From positions 2,417,374-2,481,373 of the forward strand of contig MU054220.1 of the NCBI GenBank assembly GCA_013239625.1: a stretch of DNA of 64,000 bases. Direction: 5' to 3'. Positions 1-13,600 of the stretch are shown one piece after another. This DNA is from Lama guanicoe. Its lineage: Eukaryota. Within the stretch, counting starts at the first letter, position 1; every line of letters starts with the position of its first letter. Under the pieces are notes generated by a model that saw only the letters and a list, made by a program, of their open reading frames with translations, made no database searches and had not been told where the DNA came from. Made by a program: the position numbers and the translations under genes.

Positions 1-3000
1 AAAGATGTGCAGAAGAGCTCTGTGGGTGGTTGGGCCCCTTGGGGCCACATGTATTTCTGTGTAGGAGTAAGACTGACAGAATTAACTGTGCGAGCACTTA
101 CTAAATTGGCTGTAAGTGAACCTGTACCCGTGGCATCATTTATAATCCACAGCTCCTTTAACAGAGGCAAATTGGAAGAAAAGTTCCTGAAAACTAAGGC
201 AAGGGATCTTTGTGTGCCCAATCACTGTGGCACATTAAGCTTGCTTATAGCAGTGGTTGGGAGAAGCTAGAATTCAGTTCTTCTTACGCAGATGGGTTAG
301 CTTTCGCTTGGCTTTATTGATGAGATTGGGCTGTTTTATGGGCTCCAAATGTAAATGCAGAGATTGGGCCTCTGGGAATATAGAGACATTGAATATTTGC
401 TAGTCATTCTTTTAGGACATCCTTGATATTCAGAGCCATCTCCATGACTGGTGGGATGCAAGCTTTGCTGTTGGTGAGTTCTGAATTTTGTATTGAGCAA
501 TTGAGTTCAAAACAGGATGGCCCCAGTACAGGAAAGATGTACACTTATCATTGGAGGTTTTAGCTGGCTTTGACAGGAACTTCTTCATCCAGCTCAACAG
601 GGCACCCAGTGGTTTAGTGCGCTCTTTGCTCTGCCTCAAAGCTTAGCCAAAATTCAGGAAATGACAGTGAGGGAGCTGCTGCCAGAGCTTGAAATATGTG
701 TGTGTCCATGTTTGCTACTAGAAAGTAGAGAGAAGTAGCTGAGCCTGGGTTGGGGGAAATGTAGAAGATTCCACTCCCAAGAGGAGATGGAGCAGTGGTA
801 TGCCTTGGGAAGGAAGAATAGTGCTGAGAATGGAAATGTATAGACTGCTTAAAGAGGCAGAGACTCTCCCCAAATAAAACTAGAGCTTATCTCTTATTTG
901 GTGGAAGGTTAGACTGTGTAGTGATATGATTCAGACAATATCATTCCTTTCTTCTGTCTTTGGTCTGTGGGTCCCCTTCCCCTCCTCCCTTTACCTTTAT
1001 CTGTCACGGGTCACCAAATTTGAACTTGGTTTTCTTTAAGGTAAAACAAATACAGCTAACGTAAGACCTAATTGAGAGCTTATAAAAGCCACAAAGTGTT
1101 TCTTGATCTAAATATTTTCATTGATTCTGCTGAAGTAAAGTAACTGGGGAAAACTGACAAAATGTTATGTTGCTTATTAAGTAAACTAATTAAAACTGAA
1201 CATATCAACGCAAAGCTTGAAATAAGTTGTTTCTAATGCCCAGATTCTCCACTCCAATGTTGCAGGTAGGGAGACTATAGGGACAGCTTAAGGACACCTA
1301 AAGAAGTTTCCAGCTATTCTAATCTTTGTCTTACTGAGGAAGAATTTTGAGGTCCTAAGGGACAGAAGCAGCCAGTACCAAGGGTAGCTTGGGAATCCTT
1401 AGATACCTGTCTGCCACTATTAAGCAACCCAAGCCACCCCTAAAAATATACCATCTAAGTGAAAACAGTGAGCTTACTCTGCTGGCAGCTTCAAGACCTA
1501 ACCTGTCCCCACCCCACTGTTAAACTGCCAACCCTCAGGCTCATTTATAGAATTTCTCAGGCTGCCATTTCTCAAGCAGCTGGAAGTAACAGAGGAATTA
1601 GCTGTAGAATTTGGAGGTTATAGTGGTGAAAGAAAGGCTGACTGGCTGTTTATGTCCCTCAACTTCATGCTTACTTTTTGTCCCTTTCTACGATTATTTC
1701 CAGATGTGCCATGTTTTAGTTTTGGTTAGCATGGACTTACCATTAGTGTTTGTTTTCAGGCTTGAGATAGAGTTGCCTACCATTTCCTTTGTATTATTAG
1801 TGTCTCTCTCTTCTACGTAGGAGAGGGACTTTTTTCTGAAAGGCTAATGTAGCTATGGAGAGACAGTGCTCTTTTCTGACTCCTGAAGAAAAATTGTCAG
1901 AGTTAAGAAATCCTGAAAAAAAAAATCTTAGTCTTAGTATCTTGGAATATCCTTTATTTAGAGATGCCTGGTTTCTTTGCCCTCCTTATTTTCAGTGCCA
2001 CCCTTCCCAACTCCACCTCTCTCCAGATCTGAGACCTTAAAGTAAAAATAAAAAGGCTATGGTGAAAAATTATGGGATTATTATAGCAAGAGCTAGACAT
2101 TGTTGGTTACAATCTGACTATTTTACGTTTTACAATTTGACGTGACTCATAACTTTTGTGTGGGGAGTATAACTGAAACAAACTATCAAACTGGAAATGG
2201 CCTCGGGGGCCCTGTCACTAAACAAAAATGTTGAAATTTTAAGTTCTTAAACTTTCTAATTTTGACAAATTGAATTATCCTCAGAGTTTCTCTTATATCT
2301 TTCTTTTTTGTTTCTTCATTGGGCAATCTGTGATGGAGGGGATTTTTTGTGTACATAAATAGATTCAATCAAAGAATACTGCAAACTAATACAGGTGAGA
2401 TTAAGGTCCAGTCTGCCTCCCAGAGAAATGCATGCCTCCCTGTTCCTTTTTCAATCTAGGACCTGGACATTAAACTTGAGTATTTTGCTTATGTTCTCCT
2501 TTGGCCTTGATGTTTGTAAATATTGAACATTAGGAAATATTAAGGAGTCATCCATAACTGCTTTCTTGCAAGAAGCCAAAGTTTTGAATTCTTCTTTTAA
2601 TCATAACTAATCCTTTGTATTCCAAATTATCCCAGCGTTGAGCCCTGGAGGGTGCCCGCCAGCTAGGTTGGCTAGGGTTTAAACTTAGTTGGGTTACTAT
2701 TCCACTTTCAGAGGAAGCTACAATACTTTATTATTTATTTAATTTTTTAATTAAAATTTTTTTCTGTTGATGTGACTTTTTCCCCGCATTTAAAAATGTG
2801 TTCAGTTCATCGCATTGGTTTTCTCCTCATCTCCCCTCCAGGTACTCAGGTTGATCTTGTGGAAACATAATGTGTTCATCCTCATTCTGTAGATATCTAT
2901 GGACCTTCTCAAGCTGAGCCTTAAAATTGCCATTCCTCAACTATATGTTGTGTTGCTTCTCTTCTGACCCTTTTTCCCCCTGACTTTCTTGATTTTAGCT

Positions 3001-5479
3001 TTTTTTCCCCTCATCTTTCTTGCTCTAAAGAGCCCCCAGCATCTCCTTAGAAGAAGATAGATAGGGGTTAGATGTCCTTGGTGAACCAGAACTATATTTC
3101 TCTCTCTGAGCCTAATCTTATCTGCTAAAAATCTAGAATGAGTGCTAGTCCTTTGTAGATTTTTCCCCCAGGTAGACAGTATAGCTCCATTAAAACAAAG
3201 AGTAGAATTTGGGGTAGAAATTCTTTGTGTTTGAGAAGTACATGAATGGATCTGTTCTGTTCATATCAATCTTATACCTCAGAACAATTATTTGTTCATT
3301 TATTCCCTTATTCATTGGAAGCTATTTTTCCTTAGTGGTTTTAATATTTACCAACTTCATTATTAAAATAATCAACCAGGAAAAATACCAAACTAACTGA
3401 TTTTACTGTTGCATTCGCTGCTATTCAGACAGATAATATAGTCCTGTTTTCAAGTTAGTATATAATAAATTTAGTGGAATATACATCTTGAGCGCTACAA
3501 TTTGCAAGGCCCTAAGCTAAGTGCTGGGAATTTTTAATAGAAAAAATTAAGTCAACTTTTAGATTCAATTATTATTTTCATACCTTTTAACTGTCTTGAA
3601 TTACTGTTGTTATCAAGTATCCAAAAGTCCTAGATTTTACCTGATTCCTTACCCCTGAACTCTGTCACAATTTCCCCAACAGGTAACAGGAAAATAATTC
3701 ACTTTGTTCTATTGCAAGGCTTTACCCAAAGATATCAATAGACTATTTATTTAGCCCATCAGAGAAATGTGTTACAGAAATGCAAGTTATCACTTCTCTA
3801 GTTTACCTTGTGTCTCTTAATCACACCTGAAGTTCCTACCACTCAAACTAGACTTCAACAGCTTTTTCTTCCACTAGCTATTTTGGAAAGTACAGTGTCT
3901 TTTCAGCTTTGGCCTCCCTACATGAGGCCAGTTCTCTCTTCTTGACTATCACAGAGGCTGTCATTCTGATGTGACACAGGAGGATGTAGTCTTTAATGAG
4001 TGCCTTTGGAACTGATTGTCAATTGCTTATTTCCTGGTGATGTTGCATTAGAGTATTAATTAACCACTAAATTCAAGTTGACCTCTTAGTTGAAGAGGCA
4101 GCTTTACTTTCCTGAAGGCAGACTGACTTTCCTTATGTAACCTAGCGTACTGGTATGCCACCAAATTTTGACTGGTGTGTAAAATTCACTTTTGCTAAAA
4201 TTGGTATTACAATGTCAGGTTGACTTTGGGCCTGAGGAAGTCACACATGTGTTCTCGAGTAGGATACAAGTTGGTAGGAATGAGAGGTAAGTTTGTGCCA
4301 AAAGAAAGAGCTTGTTTCCTAGAACATGTGAAAGGTTAGCCTGGTGAGCAGTCAGGGCAGGAACAGTTTTGGTCATTCACTGATGCAGTGCTGAAGGCCA
4401 CCAGACAGGTGCTGTGAGACACTGTCTTATTATCACAGTGCCTACATTTTTATTATTGTTGATTTTGCTGTTGTTTTGAGTCCTTTAATTCCTTCAAATA
4501 TAGTTCCAAAAAAATCTAGCACCCAAATTATATGTTGTGAACACAGAAAGATTGAGAACCACTGATCCTGTGTTAGAAGCTGAGCTAGAAGTTGACGGCC
4601 ACGTTGTTGTCATTCTGGCTCCTTCAGTAATTCACTGTGTAATTTGAGTGAGTCATTTTGTCTCTTTGTCCACTTGATGGGTGAGGATGCGGTGCTTACC
4701 TCATGTTCCTTCCAGGGATTAAGCAGGGAAAAATGGTAAACCATTCTACCTTCTTTGAAAAAGGTATTGTCTGAAGTCGAAAGGAGTAAAAGTAGCTGTT
4801 TGCCTTAGCACCCAGGTTATTTGCAGTACCTGAACTACTTGGGACAAGCTGGGACTGCTGGCTTTAGATGTTCCAGCCACAGGAACACCTCGCTGCTAAG
4901 AGACAGGCTCCGGTGGCTGAAAAGGATCCACCTCAGCTTAATAAAAGGAGTCGCTGAAGCACATCTCAGTTGTGCCAGGCGCCCCTGGGACATAAAATAA
5001 ATACTTCTCGATGAACTTAATAGAGGCAGTCACAGCAGCAGTAAGGAGGAAGCAGGACTTGTCCAGGGTTTGTGCCTAATCTTCTCACAGGCTGAATGTA
5101 GTTCATGAAGTGTTCTTTGACTTTCCTGGCTAATTATTATTTTGATCTTTTCTCAGCTTTTCCAAGAATATAATGTCAGCCAGAGATCTTAAGGTCATTC
5201 CCTACTCTTTTGTATAAAAGTTAGTGTGGATGTGAAATAAGACATCAGTTACTGAAGTAGAAAGTTATTCCTTAACCCTTTTGGGAGATTTAAAATGCCA
5301 GCATAAACTTGAAGAAGTATCTGATAAAGCAGACCTGTATAACTGAATGTATTACTGGCTTGGGAAGAGGCCATATAGCTTAATACTAAGGACAGCCGAA
5401 TTCAAAGTTCACCTCACCTTACTAACTGTGCCTCAATTTCCTCCTCAAGTGTAAAAGAAGGATTCAGTAAAGCCTTTCG

Positions 5480-5720
5480 GTGACTATCCTATTTAAAATT
5501 GCCAACCCTTCATCCCTTGTACTTTTCATTCCTCTTCCCAGTTCTATATTTCTCCATAGTACTCAATATAATTTAACATACAGTGTGAACTCATTTCTTT
5601 GTTTTATATCTCTTCCTCCTGCCAGAATGTAATTCCCATGAAGGGAGGAATTTTTGTCTGTTTTGTTCATTGTCTGGCACGTAGTAGGAAGTCAGTAAAT
5701 ATTGGAGTAACAAATAAACA
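5480..5720 (+). mobile_element. L2 3' end fragment, flanked by MIR-like pieces
   Basis: agaatgtaattcccatgaagggaggaatttttgtctgttttgttcattgtctggcacgtagtaggaagtcagtaaatatt. Confidence 0.7.
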
Positions 5721-7057
5721 GACTTCCTGTAAGGTAATTGTGAAGATTGGGAACATTTATTGAACACGAGAACTTATTGTGGCCTGTGGCACAAAATAAA
5801 TATGTAGAAAATGGTAGCAATCAGGAAGTTTTCCTTGGCTCTAAGGAAGATAATGTAAATCTTACTTACATTAGTAATTAATACATAAAGTATCTTGCTT
5901 CATTTTTGTGTTAATGAATGTAAACCATAGTACTCAGTTATATCAAAATGCAACATATGGGTATTAGGTGATTATAATTCTAAAAAACTGAAATATATGT
6001 TGCTGTGTCTTATTCTTAGATTTATTTTACTCTCAAGGTAACTTATATTCAAATTGTACCTAGGTTGTGTAATACATTTGCAGTTTTACAGTGTTTTCCT
6101 TGTATTCTCATGTTTGTATACATATTTTGTCTCTCCCACTAAATTAGTTGCCTCAAGGCAAGAATCTTGACTTTTTTCATGTTTATGGTGTCCAGTGCTT
6201 CTGTTATAGCCTGTTTTGCTATAATGCAAGGGCTATATTCCAAAGACATTCAGAGTAATAAAAAATTCTGTTATAAAAACAGTAGTTTCATTTGGAGAAA
6301 GGAGGGTGAAGACTTAAGAGTTCAACACACAGCAGAGCATTTTGCCTGACACAATTTCAGTGGACATTACAGCTATATGTATACAAGTATAAAGGCCAAA
6401 CCAACTAAATCTGATATTTGATTACATCTTCCTTTTCCTTAAGAGTGATGCATGGGCCTTTTTTTTTTCTTTAATAACTCCCAGCACACACTGCTCATTG
6501 CACTTTCTTATCACTTTTGTCACCCATTTTTCTTACAGTGCACAGAACCACTCAAAAGAAGGAAGCACTGTTGTTTGACCAACATTGCTTCATTTAACAA
6601 ATGTCCAAGGGCTTCCTCTGTACCTTTCAGCAACCTATGCCCTGGGATTACAGCTATCATGTTTTTTTATGTAAACTGAATATTCCAAGTTTGGGATCAC
6701 ATGCCTGTTCCTGATACAACCTAGGTTATAAAAATTTCCATTTTGGATAAGTTCCTGTACTTACACATTGTTATCACTCAATGCATATTTACTGAATGAA
6801 TTAAGAGCTGACAACATCTTTTCTCCATTCCTTGCTAATGTGATTTTAGAACTGATTCAAATCCTTGGGATAGACAATTGAAGACCATATAGTTAGGCTG
6901 AGTGTTTAAGCAGGTTTTTTTAAGATATCCTCTTTACTTTGTCTTTATTGACCTGCTCTCAGCTTCATTTATAAGAAAGTGGATGATCTCTTTTATCTTT
7001 TTTGTTCCTTCCCAGTGGCTTATCCCGAAATTAATGACTTTTTCCAGGACTTCTCTC

Positions 7058-7630
7058 TTTATTAACTGATATAATCCACATATAAAATTCACCCTTTCAG
7101 AGTGAAACAGAAAACAATTCAGTGTTTTTTAGTATATTCACAGAATTGTGCGATCATTACTATGTAATTCCAGAACATGTTCATCACCCAGAAAAGAAGC
7201 TTCATACCCATTAGCAGTCACTTCCTATTCCTCTCCTCCCACTCAGTCCCTGACGACTGCTTTCTGTCTTCTGTGGATTTGCCTCCCCTGGATATTTCAC
7301 ATAAGTGAAGTCATATAATATGTGGCTTTTTGTGCCTAGCTTCTTTCACCTGGCGTAATATTTTCAGTGTTAGTCCATATTATAGCATGTATCAGTACTT
7401 CTCTTTTTATGGCCAACTAATATTCCATTGTATATGGATATGCCCTATTTTATTTATCCATTCATCAGTTGATAAACATTTGCACTGTCTACACTCTTTG
7501 AATAATGCTGTTGTGAACATCATATACAAGTTTTTGTGTGGACATAATGTTTTCAGTTATCTTGGGTACATTCCTAGAAATGAAATTACTGCTTCATATA
7601 GTAACTCTGTTTAACTTTTTGAAAAACTGA
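7058..7630 (-). mobile_element. L1 3' end fragment (L1MB-like)
   Basis: aattcagtgtttttagtatattcacagaattgtgc..., tttatccattcatcagttgat..., ttcctagaaatgaaattact: antisense L1 3' UTR/ORF2 end. Confidence 0.85.
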
Positions 7631-10600
7631 CCTCTCTTCAATATTAAGTTTAATCACTTCCCTTTTGAAAGCTTACCTTTCTTGGCTTCCCTTTTCTCCA
7701 TCTACCAGTTCCACTCAGCTCTCCTGCTTACTTGGGTCTTCTTCAGTTTTCTGAGTTGTCACTTTTATGAAAATAACTCAGACATTTTTCTGAATTCTTT
7801 CCACTTTGAATGGCCCACACCCTTCATATATTTAATGTGTCAGAAACCAAAGTTTCTCCCCCTTCCTATTTTCACTAATGCTACCAACATTCTTCTTGAC
7901 GCCCAGGTGCTAGGCCTGTGTGTTTCTGTGGAGTATTACTTCTCCCCAGCCACCTGTATTCTGTTGCCTATGTGGTACAGATCCCTAATTGTATCTCTCA
8001 TTGTTTCTTCCTTTCTCTTCTCACTATCCTAACCCTGATTCTGGCCATTTTCATACCATTGCAGTTTCCTTACTGATGGCTCCCTGTTTTAGTCTTCCCA
8101 CCTCTGAAGTACTTGCCAGATTACTCCTTGTAAAGTGTGAGCAGAGACTTCTGGTAAACATGACAGGTTGTAAACGTTTATTTAAATCCTCTTCCAAATT
8201 CCCTTGAAAATATCAGTAAAGAAATTAGAAAAATATATATGCTCATTGTATAAAGAGAATGGGAAAAGAAGGGTGATGACTAGCAAGTTAATGACATTTC
8301 TCATCCAGAAAAAACAAAATTGTATGTGAAAAGAATATAAATTTATTGTACTATTCCTGTGTGCTGTGAGTATTTATATAATCATAATACTGTAAATAAC
8401 TAACATTATTTAACCTAAAAATGGGATATAACTGTTTTGGAAGGATGAGGGAGGAAAGAGGGCAGGAGAAATCATCTCCCATCTTAGGAAGCCAGTAGAT
8501 AATTACTGAAATTGGAAAATTAGTAGCAGCAGAAATATGACAGTTAATTATCAGAAGAAAAACAGCTAAAAGATTTGAAAAGTAATTGCTTCTGGAGAGC
8601 AGAAATCAAGAGAGAGGATGGGGCAGGAGGCTGCTATTTAACTTTATTAGCTTTGTAATACTCTTTAACTTTCAAAATTATATGTATGTAGTACTTTGAT
8701 AAAAATTAAAATTTAAAAGCTATCTACTTTGTAATTCCCTTACTCAAAAAGTTTCAAAGGATTTCTATTTCCTGCTGTACAGATGACAAATTCCTTCTCT
8801 TTCTCAGCCTGACTTTATCTTCTGCTCCACTGAAATGATATTAGCCCTTGAACTCTGAATTGCCTTGAGCAGTAGCCTCTTTCTACCCTGAACCATTTTC
8901 CTCCTCTCCTTTCCAAATCCTTTTACTCCTTCCTTTAAGCCCTAGCTCCTGTTTCTTCCCTAAGCTTTCTGGTCTCCCCTCCCCAAGCCTAGTGACCTTT
9001 CTTAAACAGCTGTGGCTCTCTGGTTGTCTGCACCACTCATTAAACACTTAAGTTGCCTTTTCTTGTTTGTAGTGTTTTTGACATAAAGTCTTATCTCCCC
9101 AGCTGGTTTATTGGCTCCAACCAAGCAAGAAGGACATCTTATTACCATTTTATATACATCTTCTGCTGTGCTGTGTTTGATAGATACCTGCTTAATATTC
9201 AGTTCCCACTCAGCCATCAAAAAGCTTTCTGGTTTGAGATCACGCCTCTTTATTCTGAGCATGTCTCAAGACTCTGTACTTTGGTCTAAAAATCTCTATC
9301 TTTGTCAGCTTTAGTGAGGTTGAAGGCCAAGGCTTTATCTCTTTGCTGATGATACTATCATTGGTTGGCATAATGTGCTCATTGTTTTTACAAAACATAA
9401 CATGAGCAGTCCCTAATCTCCTCAACCCCTTGGGTGTTTAAGCATTTCAAAAGTTTTGTATTATTTGGGAGAAATGCTAATTTATCATTGCCATCACCAC
9501 TTTGGGGATTTATGACTCTTTTCCCCTTGATACTCCCTTGCCTTGTGATCCTCTGTACTACAAAGAGCCAAGAAAAACAGAACAAAGCCCCCTGCAGTCT
9601 CTATTTCTCCTTGCACTCCCTATGAACAGCCACCTGGCTTTACTTGTGTCCTAGAGAGGCTTTATCAGTGATATATTCTCATCCACTGAGCCAGAACCCC
9701 AAAGTGACCTGAAACATTTAGATCACTAGTTCTTAATCTTTTAGAGGACAGTGAACTCTACGACAGTGTGTGTCAGGGCCAGTCAGGAGGCAGAAGAAGC
9801 TGAGGGGCACAATTGAGTTGGAGCCCTTGGAGTTTTCAGGGGAGAGAATGGGTGAGGAAGGGTAGATATGCTGAGTAAATTTAAAACTAAATAGTTTGGA
9901 TAATTTTAGCAGTCTCTGGGGTGGTTCCTAGTTGTCCATACCTGGCTTTGGGGTGATTTAGGGCAGAGGAAATACAGATTGAGGGTATAGGATCTGGGTT
10001 GGTTAGTTTACATGCTTGTAGGGAAGTTTGCTATCTCAAGGAATTAGCTAACCCAGGGAGGGGTAGTTTCTCAGTCTGCAAGGCCCCCAAAATACCAAAG
10101 CATCATAAAATATAGAAAACAAAAACCACAATTAATAAGACGACACACACACACAAAATTTAATTTGCTATTTCAGTGGTTTGTTGGAACTCCTGAAGAC
10201 CCTCTCTAGACCCAAAGTTTAAAACACAACCTGGACCCTGTGATCTCTGTGTCTTATACAGTATTTGAGTTCAGGCTATCTCTTCACACAAAGTCTGTGG
10301 TTAATTAATTATCTCTTAAGGCAAGAGAATGTAGCAGTTGCTCCCCCCTACCCCCCACCACAAAGCCTTTCTTTCTGCTTTCTTTTGACTTTTACCCTAG
10401 GAGGCTTGTTTGTGGGTATTTTGTGCCAGGAGGGATAAGCCTGCATTCCCTAATTGCTGCATCAAGCCTGTGCTCATAGGGCATCCTGATGACATTTTGA
10501 ATACATGGAAATTTTTGAATGCATGAAAACGTCTGGTGCTGATTCTCTGCTGCATTTTTGCTCTGGCACCTGCTCCTCTCTTTTTGGAGTTTATCCCATT

Positions 10601-13600
10601 GCCTAATTCTGTACATTGTCTCCAAACCTTTCATTAAGCATTGTTGGAAATTTTGCTTTTTAACCTCAGCATCCCTGCTTATCTTTTGAACAGAAACAGA
10701 ACCGTCTCTGACTACTAGGCATTTCCTCGAGTGAAAAGCTCCCCTTCTCGCCTTTTCTGACTTTTCAGAGCATGAAATGGCTGTGCTAATCCTGTTGGCC
10801 TCAAGGCAAGAGCCTTGCAGAGGCAGACAAAAGGGACGGCGTGCTCCCAGCTTGGATCCTCCAGAGGCCAGAGGGAGAAACTTTTTAACATTATACCAAC
10901 TTTTAGTCAAAAACCTGCCCACTCCTGCTTTGTTTTGGCTGCTGTTAGGAAGGAAGTAAATTCTTGGAGTGTTACCCCTACGTGTAACCATCAATTTCTT
11001 AGTGCCCTGTGTTTTGTATTGAGTGTATTTCCAGAGATTGGGTACTTCCCTAGTTTCGGAAGTCAAACAAAAGTGGTTTTAGGAATTCTGAACGTGTCCT
11101 TCTGTTGGTTTAATGGATATTTCTCAAAGCCAAAGGTATTTTGGCTCCAAGTCAAAAAATTGAGTTGCAACTATGTGCTTTGTGGGAAGTGTTCTTTTTA
11201 GGGCACGAGGACTGAGAGACACATGAGTTTCTCAGAGGGTTTTAAGACAGTCCTTAACACTCCTAAGGGGCTGACAATCTAGTAGTAAGAATCATACATA
11301 TTAAAGTAATACTTTGTTTCGACATTTAATATGGAGTTATTACATACTTTCTGCAGCAGAGCATCAAGATATTTGGTATGAAGATGAGATTATGTGTTGC
11401 CTTTCTATCAAAAGAACCTGTTTATATATGGACCGTGGGGATTCAGTTCCAGGGAACGCATTGAGCAGGGACAGAGCAGGTATACTTGGCTTGAGATTTT
11501 GAGTTGGACCTCTGGTGGAATGAATTTTATACTTGTCAAGTGGGGTGAGTAATGGCAGAGTCCTCCCTGGACAGGAGTACAGGAGATAGAGCAGAAGGAA
11601 TATGACGGAGTAAGAGAGAGAAACAAAATGCTATGGGGCTTCTAAAGAGAATATCATATGAGATTAGTGAGATCAGAAAAGACTTCTCAGAAAAAGGGAT
11701 TGAGAGAGTCCTTAAATGTGGAATAAGGGATTGGGGAGTTTTAGGAAGCATTTGTTAGAGGAGAGAGGAAAGAGTCTAGATAGTAGGAACAGTATGAACC
11801 AAAGTATAAAAGTGGGGTATATTTAAAACATATTTCCAAAATCACATGAATAATGAGCAGTAGGAGATAAACACCAAAAAGCAGATGACAGACGATTGTT
11901 GAGGGCCTTGAGTAACAAACCAAGGAATCTAGCTCAGTTTAGGCAATGAGGAGCCATTAGGGTGTTTTGAGCAGATGAGTGACACAATCAAAACTCAGCT
12001 TTAAAAAATAATCTGGTATTGAAAGATGGGTTGGAGTAAGGAGAGTGGAGAGATGATTTTGTAAGCCCAGAGCTCAGTGATAACTGCAAGATTCTTTAAT
12101 CGTGTTACCCACACCCCAAGGGGCTTGTAGAGAAGTTTGCAGTCTGTCATGCATTCTTTATGACAACGAGCAACAGTTAATCTGAAAAAGATATGTGCAC
12201 TACCATGCTCACTGGCTTTCAGGCATCCCTGAAGGGTGAGAGCAGGACCAGTGTTTTCTGAGGAGTGCATATCAGCAGCTCTGGTAGAAAGGAAGAGACT
12301 AAAACATATCTTAATCTCCTTTTGCTTCCCCTTGTGAAACATCTCTTTCAAAAACTAGAATTTTGCCACTGGCTTTTCTCAGAAGTTTATCTAACCTGAC
12401 GTTAAAAATAGGCCTTTCTTTTCTTCAAGGTAAGATGTTACAAGGCATCAAGGTGGCATCCAAGAGAAAAGCCTGGGGCTGGGCATCTGTTTGCATGTTT
12501 CATCTGTGCAGACAGACTGTTCCTAGTGTGAACCCGGGAAGCCCATGACCTTAGAGTCTCCGCTTTTGTGGGGTATGAAGTTCGTGTGACCATATGCCAT
12601 TCTTAGCTGCCTGCTGGATGGTTTCACCAGTGCAGTAGCTCAGGCTTTACATGGTATAAATTTGGTTCATTGAGACTCAGAACATGTTTCTATGGGAGAA
12701 ATCTTTTATGTCAGGAATTCCAAGTAAATGGAATGTGGCCATTTCTGCCCACCTTTGAAATTTAGTGGGACTCCATATCCCAAAGTATTTCACTTTAGCC
12801 AATTGCTGCGTCACCCATACCTTGTTGGGCAAGACTTAAGATTGTAGGGAAAGCATTTAAAGGTCTTTCTCTTGTGTCCCCAGCTGCTTGTTTACTTCCT
12901 TCTTTCCTAGCCCTCTTCCCTCCCTTCAATAGTGAGAAATTTTCTAAACATATTTTTTAAAATATATATACAGGTACATATATAAAACAATCATTGCTTT
13001 GTGTTTTAAGATAAATGGTATCATACCATATGTATCATTTTTACAACTTTAAAAATTCAATTCAATTCAAATTTGATTAATTTGTTTGCTACTTTTAATT
13101 GTTGCCTAGTGTTCTAATATTCGTTTATATACATTTTATTATCTATCCCTTATTGATGAACATTAAACTCTCTAGATTTTTCCTATTACAACATGCTTTG
13201 AGATTCTTGACATATCTCCTTGTGTACATCTGTGGCATTTTCTCCAAGATATTTACCCAGAGATGGAATTGTTCTGTCTCCTTTTTAGTCACAAAGCACA
13301 GATTTATTGGCTCCCAAAGACATAACCCTCTTACTTCTTAGATGTATGAAGGGCATCTCAGGGTACCATTCTGACTGGCACTTGGTGAAAATGGAAAACT
13401 TGATGTTTGTGAATTTTATTGCAAACGCAAGATCAAAGAGTTTTTCTCAAGTCCTTCAACTTGTTAGCTTCATGGAACAAATAAATGTATATGTTGAATA
13501 TAGGGGATATTAAATGGTAACATGTATAATTTTTTTCATAGGTCATTATAAATAAAGGTAACTTCTCACTCTTCTTGCTCTTCCTTTTAAATTTCTTTTA

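Noticed and set aside
2815..2850. Strong-looking acceptor ctcccctccAG|GTACTC (similar AG|GT sites at 1040, 3171 and 46213)
   Set aside because: Weak donor or interrupted tract and no convincing partner site. Such motifs are expected by chance in long introns.
9770..10140. Possible ERV LTR fragment inside a hAT relic
   Set aside because: Family and boundaries could not be assigned confidently by eye.
10392..11066. Longest ORF in the track (224 aa, minus strand)
   Set aside because: Non-ATG start, no recognisable domain, no splice or promoter context. Best explained as a chance antisense intronic ORF.
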